This document shows, piece after piece, positions 54,254 through 64,000 of a stretch of DNA of 64,000 nucleotides. The notes under the pieces were generated by a model, which worked only from the letters and a program-made list of their open reading frames with translations, searched no databases and was not told the origin of the DNA. The DNA comes from a virus. Taxonomy: Duplodnaviria; Caudoviricetes. Numbering within the stretch: position 1 is the first letter of the stretch; the number at the start of each line of letters is the position of its first letter. The position numbers and the translations under genes are program-made. Where the stretch lies: positions 62,029-126,028 of the IMG/VR virus record IMGVR_UViG_3300021387_000072; one strand, 5' to 3'.

Positions 54254-54728
54254 ATGCGATGAATGTATGAAAGATGCACCGTACTCTTGGTGTTGTAGGA
54301 TGGAATGTGGCGAACATGAACTTTGCAGGAACTGCGAAGCTGAAGCAAGAAAGCAGCCTGAAAAAGATTGCCATTAACTAATTAAAATAACGCTTTAAGG
54401 AGCAGCGATTGATGATTATCGGTATCAGTATTCCATGGTATGACATGTCGTGTTCATACGGAACGGCGATAAATGTTATCCCACAAAATGTCTGGTTTAT
54501 AATTCTTTAATTAACACTTTCAAAGGAGAAGTGAATGAAATATAAAATAAGGAAAGTAATATTTGCGATATGCAATGCGATAGCAAGAAACAGAAAACTT
54601 GATAAATTTTTCTCAAGGTTTAAGACATATAACAATATACACGATCTACAACTAAGATTATGGGAAGATGAAGTATAAATAACACGTAAGGATGATTGTG
54701 ATGAATAGCTGAAGGAGGGAAACTAAAA

Positions 54729-54941
54729 ATGAAAGAGTGGATTCCAACGGCGAGCAAAATGCCAGATCGTAATCAAAATGTGCTTGTTTGGCTATATGGG
54801 AACTACTATATCGGATATTTGGACAAAGACCCTGACACAAGTGAACTAAGATGGAGTTTTGAAAATTTTGATTTGTATGGTGATGAAATGGAGGCAGTAG
54901 AAGCATGGATGCCTCTGCCAAAGGCGTACAACGAAAAATGA
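54729..54941 (+). CDS. DUF551-like protein
   Basis: WIP...MP ... VEAWMPLPK. Confidence 0.75.
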   Translation: MKEWIPTASKMPDRNQNVLVWLYGNYYIGYLDKDPDTSELRWSFENFDLYGDEMEAVEAWMPLPKAYNEK

Positions 54942-54959
54942 AAGTAATTAAATAACACT

Positions 54960-55080
54960 TTAAGCGGTGGCGGAATAGGTAGACGCTTCGATGGTTAAAT
55001 CGTTATAGTGGAATACTATGTGACCGGTGGCCGGAAAGGCAAGAAAACGATATGTGAGGTGCAAATCCTCACCCGCTTAA
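54960..55080 (+). ncRNA. tRNA-like scaffold RNA, copy 7
   Basis: ttaagcgg/ccgcttaa; same arms; flanked on both sides by ttaaataacactt. Confidence 0.75.
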
Positions 55081-56087
55081 ATAACACTTAAAACCTTGCT
55101 GGGGACTTCGGCCCGTCTATATGGCGGTGATAACTTGGGGCGACCGGGGCGGCTCGCTGGAGTTGGGGTAGGCGAGCAGTAAATAACACTTGCCGGAGTA
55201 GACAGGTATGATGAAACGTGGATCAAGACATCGTAAATGGGAGAAACGGCAAGTGAGTTTAAATATAAATATGTAGGAGCATGATATGAATTGCACATGG
55301 GAAGAACTCACGGAAGAAGTAAAACGTGATTGCTATCAATCTTATATTGCCGACATTGTGTATGAAAATGGAGACAACGCGCCATATCTGACATATGAAG
55401 AATGGTGTAGAGAGTCTGAAGCATTCGGGTTTCCGTTGTGTCCTATTGTTTAAATATAGATGGGAGAGTGATAGTACATGAAAGACGTGCGAGACAAGAA
55501 ATGCGATTGTTACCAAGATTGTATTAAGTTGTATGATGATACGGACTTTAAAAGCATTAACAAATCTGAATGTAACGAAGATACTTGCGGATGGAGAGAA
55601 GATTTTCATGAAGCTGATTTTCAAGCATCATGCGAACTGAACGATAATTAAATGGGAGTTTAAAATGTATTATCCATATCCTGTGATGCGAAAAGGATTA
55701 TGTTATTTTTCTACAAAAAAGCATCATAAAAAAGCGCGATTCCGAAAAGCGTTTGCTCGTGAAATGGCGAGAGTCAAAAAGATACTGATAGGACTTAAAT
55801 AACTTATTTAAATAACAAGAAGGCGGTGAATTGGGATGGCTAAATGGAAGTACGACTATGAGAAGGATATCACACTATGCAGTAACTGCGGAAAATCCGC
55901 CCCATTGTCAAATGAAATAGACGCTCCAGATGGTGAGTGGGAATCACCGTTCTGTCCATGGTGTGGGGAAAAAATGGAAAAGGATGATACTAACGAACCG
56001 TGCATCAAATGTGAGCCAGTGTTTTTCACAACAAGGCGCGATGGTTTCGCTTTAATAACACCTTAACTAATGTGAAAGGAAATATAA

Positions 56088-56573
56088 ATGAAGGGTTTAA
56101 TCATGATCGGGTATCAGGGAATCGGAAAAAGTTCGTGTGCCGGAAAAGAAAACTGTATTGATCTGGAAAGCGGAAGTTTCTGGATAGGCGATCATAGAGC
56201 GGAAGACTGGTACGTTCCGTATTGCAATGTTGCTTTACATATAGCAAGTCAAGGATATACGGTGTTCACAAGCTCACACAAAGTTGTCGTTGACTACCTG
56301 AAATCTGCTCCTTTAATTGCGAACATTGGGAAGGTTGTTGTGTTCTGCCCGGAAGGTAGATTCAAAAAAGAATGGATTGCCAGATTGCAGGAACGGTACG
56401 ACCGAACCGGATTAAATAAGGACTACAAAGCCTTGATGAACGCAAAGGAAAGATACACAGAAAATATTATCGAGCTTGTAAATTGTGGGCTTCCGGTTTA
56501 TCAGCCGGGATGGCCAATCGATTATGACCTGATGGATTACGTTCACAAGGCAAGATACGATTGGTGTCAGTAA
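56088..56573 (+). CDS. P-loop NTPase/kinase-like protein
   Basis: GYQGIGKS Walker A, IDLES. Confidence 0.75.
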   Translation: MKGLIMIGYQGIGKSSCAGKENCIDLESGSFWIGDHRAEDWYVPYCNVALHIASQGYTVFTSSHKVVVDYLKSAPLIANIGKVVVFCPEGRFKKEWIARLQERYDRTGLNKDYKALMNAKERYTENIIELVNCGLPVYQPGWPIDYDLMDYVHKARYDWCQ

Positions 56574-59500
56574 TTTAAGTAACACCTTCAATCATTGAAG
56601 GCGGTTATCTGTTTACTTATAGGAGGTAATATGAATTACATATGTCTTGTCTTAGGCGCCATTGCGTTGATTTTATCAGTTCAGTTGGGACGAATACAAG
56701 CACAACTGTATGATATTGAAAAAGATTTAAACGATATAGCACAACACACATCTAAAGAATACCGATTGTAATTTAAACAACACGTCAGAAGGAGAACAGG
56801 ATGACAGGGCAAGAGTTGATTAACTGGATCGTCGAACACAAGGCACAAGATATGCAGTGTGTAGTTCAATATCGCGATGGCGGTGGACCATATTCTGGCG
56901 GCGAAATCATCGAAAATCCAACAATGGCATCATTCAAGGGTGCCGGTGTTGCGTACAGCGATGAAGTAAGCATTACAGAAATAAGCATTACATACGGTAA
57001 TGGTCTCAATCCAAATTGTATTGTGCTGTAACAAGTGGAACGAAATGGTGGCATTATGAGTATCGTAGACACTGGGATTATTATAGACACTGGCTGGATG
57101 GACGCACGGTATTTTCGCCCTGTGAAAGATGGACGATACAGGGTTATATTGGATGGAATAGAAACGCGTGCCACATTCAGAAACGGAAAATGGAGCAGAG
57201 ATATTCAAGCTTTTAAAGGCGAATATGAAAGGATTAAATATTATTAGGAGATTAAAATGGATATAGAAGAAATCATTGAGAGAGTTAAAAACATTTCCAG
57301 GCATGCTATATACACGCCTGGACAGATGCCATTTATTATGAGCTTAGATGATGGCATTGCTTTGTGCGAAGCAGCAGAATTATTGGAAAGGCAAGAACCA
57401 ACAGAGGCTGAAGAGCATGATGGGACATATTACTGCCTTGGGTGCAAAGAAACTATCTTGAAAACGGATAAATATTGCGCTCATTGTGGCAGACCAATCA
57501 ATTGGCATAACGGTAACGACGAAGATGAAACGTAAATACATTTTAAAAGCGGTGTTCATATGAAAAAAAGTTGCGATTACAAGAGACGCGAAATACCTAA
57601 AGACTGTCTGAGTTGTGCACAATCGTACAGCGCAGATGACGAGAATGGCAACATGATCCTTGTATGTGTCAAGGATAGTGACACAGAGTACGTGGTTGTA
57701 CCTGAAGACGGATACTGTGATGAATGGACAGACTGATATGTGAATAAAACAAAACATCTGGCAAGGTGATTCTTATGAGCTTGGATAAAGCAATCAAGTA
57801 CGGCAAAGAACACCGCAAACAATACACTGGAAGCAAAGTGTACTTCACATCATGCAGAAATCATGGCAATTGTCCATGGTGCGAAGAAGACAGGAAACAT
57901 AAATTTCGTGACAAGCATCCATATAACTTTAAAGAACTTCAGCAAGATACGGAGATTGATGAAGATTGTTTAAAAGAATAGATACTAAAGATTTAATACG
58001 CATTGCAGCAATTGTAATCTGTGTAATTGTTTGCACGGTATTAATTCTTTCGATAACAAAGACTATTGATTACGGTACGGTTACAGACAAAAGGTTTGAA
58101 CCGCAACACACTGAACAGAAACGAAGATATGTATACATAAAAAAGCAAAGACATGTCCGTCGTTACTGGGTAACTATACCGGATACATGGAAGATACGTG
58201 TTGAGAATGAAGAAGGCAGTGAGTGGTGGATTGTAACAGAAGAATACTACAACAGTGTTGAAGTAGGTGATTATGTTGATAGAAGAACCGAAGAAAAGAA
58301 ATAACAGGAACATGACAGAAGAAGAATTCATAGACTTCATCCAGAATGAATTTAGGGTAAAGCTGGTAGAACCACAACGTGCACTGCTCAGAGAATTATA
58401 TAAAAAGACAATGAAGAAAAAGATCGTCTTTGAAGTACCTGAAGACTTCAAAGACGATCTTAAAATTGCTCACTGACGGAGAAGGTAACAAACACAATGA
58501 ATGAAATGATAAACAAAGAAAAGGTTATAGATGATTTGGCTTCCTTCATTGACGAAACAGACTGTGAAAGTGAAACAGTAACTATCTCAATACAGCTGGC
58601 AGAAGCTATTCTTGTGCTTCTGAAAAATCAGAAAGCAAGATTGATGACATTGGAAGAAGTTAAAGAGTTTGATTGGGACTACTGTTATCTGGAACAGGCA
58701 AGACTTCCAAACATAGAATATACACCAGGAATGGAAAAGAATGTATTGCGCTGCATAACATGGACAAGCATATCAACAATGCGGATCCTTTATGGTGATG
58801 ATTGCTATGGGAAAAGATGGCGCTGCTGGAGCAACAAACCAACCAAAGAACAGAGACAGGCAGCGGAATGGAATTAAAAAAGGAGATTGACTATGACAGG
58901 ACAGGGTATAAGAGCTTTATGTGATCCACGATATACTTATTACAAGTTGACTCAGCCATTTGGATTGCTTACTAAAGGTACTATTTTCTACCATGATCCG
59001 CTTGACAATGTGTATGGAAGTCTGGCAGAGGGTTGCCTTAAGCTGTGCTGGTCACCAGACGGAGAATGTCAGTGCGGATTGGCTGGTGGAACAGTCATCT
59101 TTCACTATGAATTCACTAAGACACCGTTGTTTGAGAAAATACAGCTTGACGGTAATACGTTGATGAAGAATCTTAGTCCCGGGCATTACGATCTTAAAGT
59201 CTCTAGAAATGGAGCATGGGTTGTAACAAAATATGGAGACGATTGTGGCAATTATTATTCAGAGGAAGACGATGGATAAAACAGAAGCGTATGAGTTTTT
59301 GGTTAGGGAATACCTTTATAAATGCAAAGAGTATGGATGTAGTTCATGTATAGCTGAATGCTATTGCACATCACATGGTCTTAAGAAATCATGGTTGCCT
59401 CAGGAAGATTGCCCGGAAAAGCTCAAAGCGTATCTGAAACACACGCCCAAGGAATCAAAGAGGTATACATATGAGTATCGTAGTTAAAGGCATGGATATT

Positions 59501-59778
59501 ACATTCGAGGATTGCAGAGATTGCCCATTATTCCATGAGAAAGAGGACTGGTCATTCTGTGGTGCAAATGGATTATTCGTCCTCGGAAGTGGAAAGCCAG
59601 ACTGGTGTCCGCTGACTGAAATTGTGACGTGTTCAGAATGTAAGCATGCCATAATGACAATAGACGGAGATTACTGTAAGTACTGCAAGCTCGAAGAAGA
59701 CGAGAATGGATTTCTGGAATCTCAATACTATCCTGCCGATTACTATTGCGGCATGGGAAAAAAGAAGGAGAATGATGC

Positions 59779-60078
59779 ATGACATCTAATGAATTTCTTA
59801 ACGCAGCGAAAAACGCTGTAATCAAAGTTGCTTTGGAACAATTTAGTGTTACTGTTGATTTCAATAGCCTGCAGCTTGTGTGGTTTACACATGCACTTGG
59901 CTATAAGAAATGTATGTTCTTTGCACCGGAGCTTGTTATGTATACACCTGAATCTGCTGTGTATTACGTTGAAGTAACATATAACCTTGCAAAGAAAGAA
60001 ATGTATGTTGATTTCTATGCCAAGAAGAGCAACACTGTTTTCGAAGAAACTGAAATTGAATATATGGCGAAGAGGTAA
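59779..60078 (+). CDS. DUF6275-like protein
   Basis: VW....L...K ... YVEVTYN..KKEMYVD.Y.K..N. Confidence 0.65.
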   Translation: MTSNEFLNAAKNAVIKVALEQFSVTVDFNSLQLVWFTHALGYKKCMFFAPELVMYTPESAVYYVEVTYNLAKKEMYVDFYAKKSNTVFEETEIEYMAKR

Positions 60079-60402
60079 CACATAATGAAACAGGTAATTT
60101 GCAAAGACTTGACAGATGCAGTAGTTCTTTATCATGAATGCCTTCGGGATACAGATGTGAAGCCTATAAAATTTGTGACAAGTCCAAGAGGTGCTACGCT
60201 TCTTCTGGTCCGCTACATAAATGAAGCAGGTGTCAAGATGAGCGGTCTGGACAGCTATGACTGGGACTACACATATCAGAGATGGGATATCAAAGACCCT
60301 ATGTACTCCGAAAGAAAAATGGAAAAGATGATGGTTGAAGATTACATGACATATTGTGGTGATCCCAATGAGTGACAAAAGATATATAACAATTTGTGAT
60401 CT

Positions 60403-60452
60403 GCACAGAGCGCCACGCCAGACTCCAAGCTGGCTGGCGGCTCTGTGCTTTT
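60403..60452 (+). terminator. Terminator-like hairpin
   Basis: gcacagagc...gctctgtgc followed by TTTT. Confidence 0.55.
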
Positions 60453-61343
60453 ATGTATATAGATATTTCCATAAGGATGTATACCGTCCTTATGAACGTA
60501 GGTAAGGAGAATGATTATGCGGCTTATAGATGCAGATCCGTTGAAAAAAAGAATTAACGAACTGAGACATATCTTTAAAGGTGAAACAAGAGAAGCCCTG
60601 TCTCTTGTTCTTGTGGAAGTGCTCAAAGCGCCAACAGCTGAGATTGTCAGCGGAGAAAACTGTGCAATAAGATTTAAGAAAAGGGGAGAATGAAATGGGG
60701 AAAAAGAAAGATAAAGAAAGAGAAGTTGTTGAGACAGAAACCCATCCAATAATCCTTAGAATACCGAAGACTGCATTTAAACTGGATGTTACTGCATACA
60801 TGCCAGATAATGCAGGCGAAAAGATAATTACAATACACAGAATAGTTGAACCAAAAGAACTGAGTGCGTGTCGTGATGATTTCGTTGAGCTGGTTGGTGA
60901 TGATGATTACGATGCAGTGTACCATTTGACAGATGAATACAAGAAATATCTTGACCTGAAACCAATCCAATCATTCCCAGAATTAAGATGAAACAAAAAG
61001 GATGCGATTAACGCAATGTATTACAACAAGTTCAATACCATGTCGACAGATTGCAATCCGTTCCAGAAGCTTGGGTGTGCCATAGCCAGACAGGCAGCAT
61101 TGGATTATAAGAAAGCTATTAAGAACGCTATAAAGATAATGGATGCTCTGAGCTGTATGCAGAAGAATGATGAAATACTTTATGAGAAGCATCAGCTCAT
61201 GCAGGAAATCTCTGATCTGAGAGAATGGTTCCTCGGTGGAACATTCGAAATGTTTACAAACTTGCCCGGAGAGATAACAGTCATCGAGATAGAAAAGCAA
61301 TACCCAGATATCAATATCATTGAATTCATAGAGGGAAAATAAG

Positions 61344-61700
61344 ATGGATGAAATCAAGCTGTTTATATCACAGCCTATGAGTAATCGTACAACCGATGAG
61401 ATTCTGGCACAGAGAATGATTATAGTCAGGAAGTTCATCAACACATATCCGCAGTATACATTTGAATTGCTGGATAATTATCTTATAGAGAATGCAGTAT
61501 ATGATCAGATGAAGGTTCCTGATCTTGCATACTTCGGAACATCTATTGTTGTGATGGCACAGGCTGATGTAGTTCTGTTCTCAAGTGATTTTACTACATC
61601 AGACGGATGCAGAATGGAACATGCTCTTGCCTATAACCATCATATGAAAGTTATATATGAGGACGATTTAAACAATGATGAAGCTACCGCAGAAGATTAA
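61344..61700 (+). CDS. DUF4406/nucleoside 2-deoxyribosyltransferase-like protein
   Basis: KLFISQPM, AD.V.F...S.GCRMEH..A. Confidence 0.7.
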   Translation: MDEIKLFISQPMSNRTTDEILAQRMIIVRKFINTYPQYTFELLDNYLIENAVYDQMKVPDLAYFGTSIVVMAQADVVLFSSDFTTSDGCRMEHALAYNHHMKVIYEDDLNNDEATAED

Positions 61701-62007
61701 TGTCAACGGAGTTATCTATTCAGTAAAAATAAAGCACGGACTCAATGATGGAGAGTCCGTGCTTTATGGTGAATTCGATTCCAATAACGAAGTGATAAAC
61801 CTTAACCCAGATATACAGTGTGATCAGGGTATGATAAGGACATTCCTTCATGAGATGTGCCACGCTATTCTTCATGAGAATGATGTAGGAAACTACGGTT
61901 ACAACAGCAGAGTTCCGAAGGATGAAGAAGTATTGTGTGAGATGTTCTCAAGAAGTCTTTATCAGATCCTTACAGACAATCCGAATATCTTTTCAGATAA
62001 GGAGTAA
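61675..62007 (+). CDS. Zincin-like (ImmA/IrrE-type) HExxH protein
   Basis: TFLHEMCHAIL...EE. Confidence 0.7.
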   Translation: MMKLPQKINVNGVIYSVKIKHGLNDGESVLYGEFDSNNEVINLNPDIQCDQGMIRTFLHEMCHAILHENDVGNYGYNSRVPKDEEVLCEMFSRSLYQILTDNPNIFSDKE

Positions 62008-62011
62008 CACA

Positions 62012-62530
62012 ATGGATGAATTGATACAACAGCTTTTTGAAGAATATAAAAGGATTAAGGAGCTGCATACAGAAGTAAATCTCACATATGATAAAGAACA
62101 GAAAAGACTTGAACAACTGAGAAGAGAAAAGGCAAAGCATATCTATGATTTCCTTCAGGATATATGGACTGTTCTTAAAGATTTTTATCGCATAAAAGTA
62201 AATGCTGAAGAATTTTATATTGTTGTAGCTCAAAAAGCTACAGACAATGGTTCAATACGTGATTGCATTATTGTATTTTCAACCTGCGATATATGGACAG
62301 GAATTATATATCAATCATATTACGACAAACAGCAGAAGCTGTCCAATATTATAAACGGAGAACGTATAGAGTTTGCCGCAAAAGGTATCCTGGATAACTG
62401 GGATGAGAAGACAGAAGATTACGTTACTAAAGAAGCCGTAAAGTATATCAGAAAAAAGTTTGAAGAAATAACAATAAATGATATAGGAAAACTGGAACAG
62501 TTAAATAACACGATTAAGAAATATGAATGA
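62012..62530 (+). CDS. Hypothetical protein
   Basis: TAAGGAG RBS before ATG 62012. Confidence 0.65.
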   Translation: MDELIQQLFEEYKRIKELHTEVNLTYDKEQKRLEQLRREKAKHIYDFLQDIWTVLKDFYRIKVNAEEFYIVVAQKATDNGSIRDCIIVFSTCDIWTGIIYQSYYDKQQKLSNIINGERIEFAAKGILDNWDEKTEDYVTKEAVKYIRKKFEEITINDIGKLEQLNNTIKKYE

Positions 62531-62595
62531 CTTTGAATAATTGACCCGGCTTTGATTCACTGTTAGAATCAAGCCGGGTCTTTGGTGGTGATAAT

Positions 62596-63828
62596 GTGGA
62601 TATTACTATTGAAGATCTTCGCAGTATCATTAATGATGCGGTGAAGGTGAACCTTGAGAACTTAATATCTGCCGATGCAATGACATCTCTGAAAGGAGAT
62701 AACATGTATCAGCACGTATATTCGTATCGTGATGAAGACGGCAATATGCAAAAGATACGAATGAGCGCATCAAACCAAAAGGAATGCGATGAGAAGTTTC
62801 AGAAGTTCTGTATGGGAGAGATTGGTAATAATACTATGACATACAGAGACTTCGTAGAAAATGTTTTCTATAAGAGCTTTATGCCGCAGAAAGAATCAAC
62901 GCAGACAACATACAAATATTTCAATAAGGCATATGTCTTTCCGTATATCGGAGACAAACGTCTCAGTGACATAACAGTTGAAGACATACAACGTATTATG
63001 AATATCCTTTCCAATGGAAAGGACCACGGATTTAAAAAGAATATAGTATCGGGAACAATCGACAGAGTAGTTGGCATGATATCTCATATCTTCAGGATCG
63101 CAATCGACATGAAGAAGGCAAAAGACAACCCGGTTAAAAGAACACTGCTTAAGAATTACGGCAAAGAATCAGAGAACCATACTGCGCTGCCAGATGATGA
63201 CATCTCAAAAATAAAAACAGATATTCCGTTTTTATCTTCAAAGCATGCGCAAGTATGCATTGGCCTTATAGCCTACACTGGAATGAGACCGGAAGAGATC
63301 CGCGGTCTCCGGTGGGAAGACGCGGATCTCGACGGGCAATACTTTACAGTAAACAGAGCAGTAACATTCTGCGGAAGCAACAGACACACAGTTGTTGATA
63401 CTCCAAAGTCGAAGAAGTCAAAGCGCACAGTATATATTCCAACACCTCTTCTGGAAATACTTCTGTCAGTAGAGGATAAGACACCGGATCATTATCTGGT
63501 ACACGCCATAAGGGATCCATTTAAACCGATATGCGAAAGCTCATGGAAGCGTCTTATCGCAGGAAGCTTTAAGCAGCTTGGTATCACAGGTAAATGTTCT
63601 CCTTATGATTTCAGATCTACCTTTGGAACACAGTATAAAGAAGCTGGTCTTACCAGCGCACAGGTAGCTGATCTTATGGGACATGCGGATACCAGAATGG
63701 TAGAAACCAAGTATGCAAAGACACGTCATCACAGTGTTATGATACACTCAGATTTAATGGAACAGATGAATAATCAGTACTCTCGTGCAAATAATTTGCA
63801 AGGAAAAAATAGCCCTGAAGCCTTATAA
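62596..63828 (+). CDS. int: Tyrosine integrase (likely start ATG 62704)
   Basis: YTGMRPEEIRGL, TPKS, YDFRSTF, LMGH, catalytic Tyr in TKYA; N-terminal SAM-like domain. Confidence 0.93.
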   Translation: MDITIEDLRSIINDAVKVNLENLISADAMTSLKGDNMYQHVYSYRDEDGNMQKIRMSASNQKECDEKFQKFCMGEIGNNTMTYRDFVENVFYKSFMPQKESTQTTYKYFNKAYVFPYIGDKRLSDITVEDIQRIMNILSNGKDHGFKKNIVSGTIDRVVGMISHIFRIAIDMKKAKDNPVKRTLLKNYGKESENHTALPDDDISKIKTDIPFLSSKHAQVCIGLIAYTGMRPEEIRGLRWEDADLDGQYFTVNRAVTFCGSNRHTVVDTPKSKKSKRTVYIPTPLLEILLSVEDKTPDHYLVHAIRDPFKPICESSWKRLIAGSFKQLGITGKCSPYDFRSTFGTQYKEAGLTSAQVADLMGHADTRMVETKYAKTRHHSVMIHSDLMEQMNNQYSRANNLQGKNSPEAL

Positions 63829-63956
63829 CATAAGGCTTCGTAGAAACACCCATGCAAAAAAATTGCAAGTTTAGTAACAGTAATATTAAACATTCTGTTT
63901 AGTTGATTAACAAAGAAAAACCGCTGCAGCCTTATGCCACAACGGTTTTCAGCAAG

Positions 63957-64000
63957 TGGGGTTTAGAGGACTCGAACCTCCGACCTTTACGATGTCAACG
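63957..64000 (-). tRNA. tRNA-Val (GAC) 3' part, truncated by the window; probable att core
   Basis: Reverse complement cg-ttgacat-cgtaa-aggtc-ggagg-ttcgagt-cctct-aaacccc-a; adjacent to the integrase. Confidence 0.85.

Larger units (their letters stand above)
45643..62530 (+). other. Accessory region of many short co-oriented ORFs, mostly hypothetical, many with Zn ribbons
   Basis: Dense + strand ORFs of about 50-215 aa with GGAG RBSs and stop/start overlaps. Confidence 0.85.
1..64000 (+). mobile_element. Large temperate phage/prophage (part), ending at integrase and tRNA-Val att site
   Basis: Co-oriented phage replication, tail, lysis and nucleotide-metabolism genes, many small ORFs, tRNAs, and an integrase next to a tRNA 3' end. 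Confidence 0.9.

Noticed and set aside
47571-55080. Calling the seven repeats ordinary tRNA-Leu genes or a CRISPR array
   Set aside because: They have no anticodon arm, a TGCAAAT T-loop and variable-length interiors. They are dispersed and bipartite rather than direct repeats with spacers.

Overview
This window is about 64 kb of a large temperate phage or prophage, probably of a Bacillota (Clostridia-like) host; that host call is inferred from the GGAGG ribosome-binding sites and the RemA, SpoIID and YonO-like genes. Essentially all real genes lie on the + strand. From left to right: (1) an RNA-rich early region with tRNA-Pro, tRNA-Ile(UAU), SSB, NADAR and a Csx20-like protein; (2) an operon of ubiquitin-like protein, E2-like, DHH, JAB, E1/ThiF, retron-type reverse transcriptase and a 160-aa ORF, followed by four tandem retron msr-msd-like RNA units; (3) a YonO-like single-subunit RNA polymerase; (4) replication genes (Sak, SSB, primase-helicase, nuclease, DnaE); (5) tail/adhesin and lysis genes; (6) nucleotide metabolism (RuvC-like, dUTPase, ThyX, NrdH/D/G, DUF5664); (7) about 17 kb of small accessory ORFs with seven anticodon-less tRNA-like RNAs and a repeated TTAAATAACAC junction motif; (8) a tyrosine integrase next to the 3' half of tRNA-Val(GAC), a probable att site. 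I recognise no capsid, portal or terminase gene here. The best candidate for a new system is the retron with four ncRNAs (shared msr scaffold, four different msd hairpins) at the end of a phage-encoded ubiquitin-like conjugation operon. The second is the tRNA-scaffold RNA family with variable inserts. All protein calls come from motif recognition by eye; no database searches were run.
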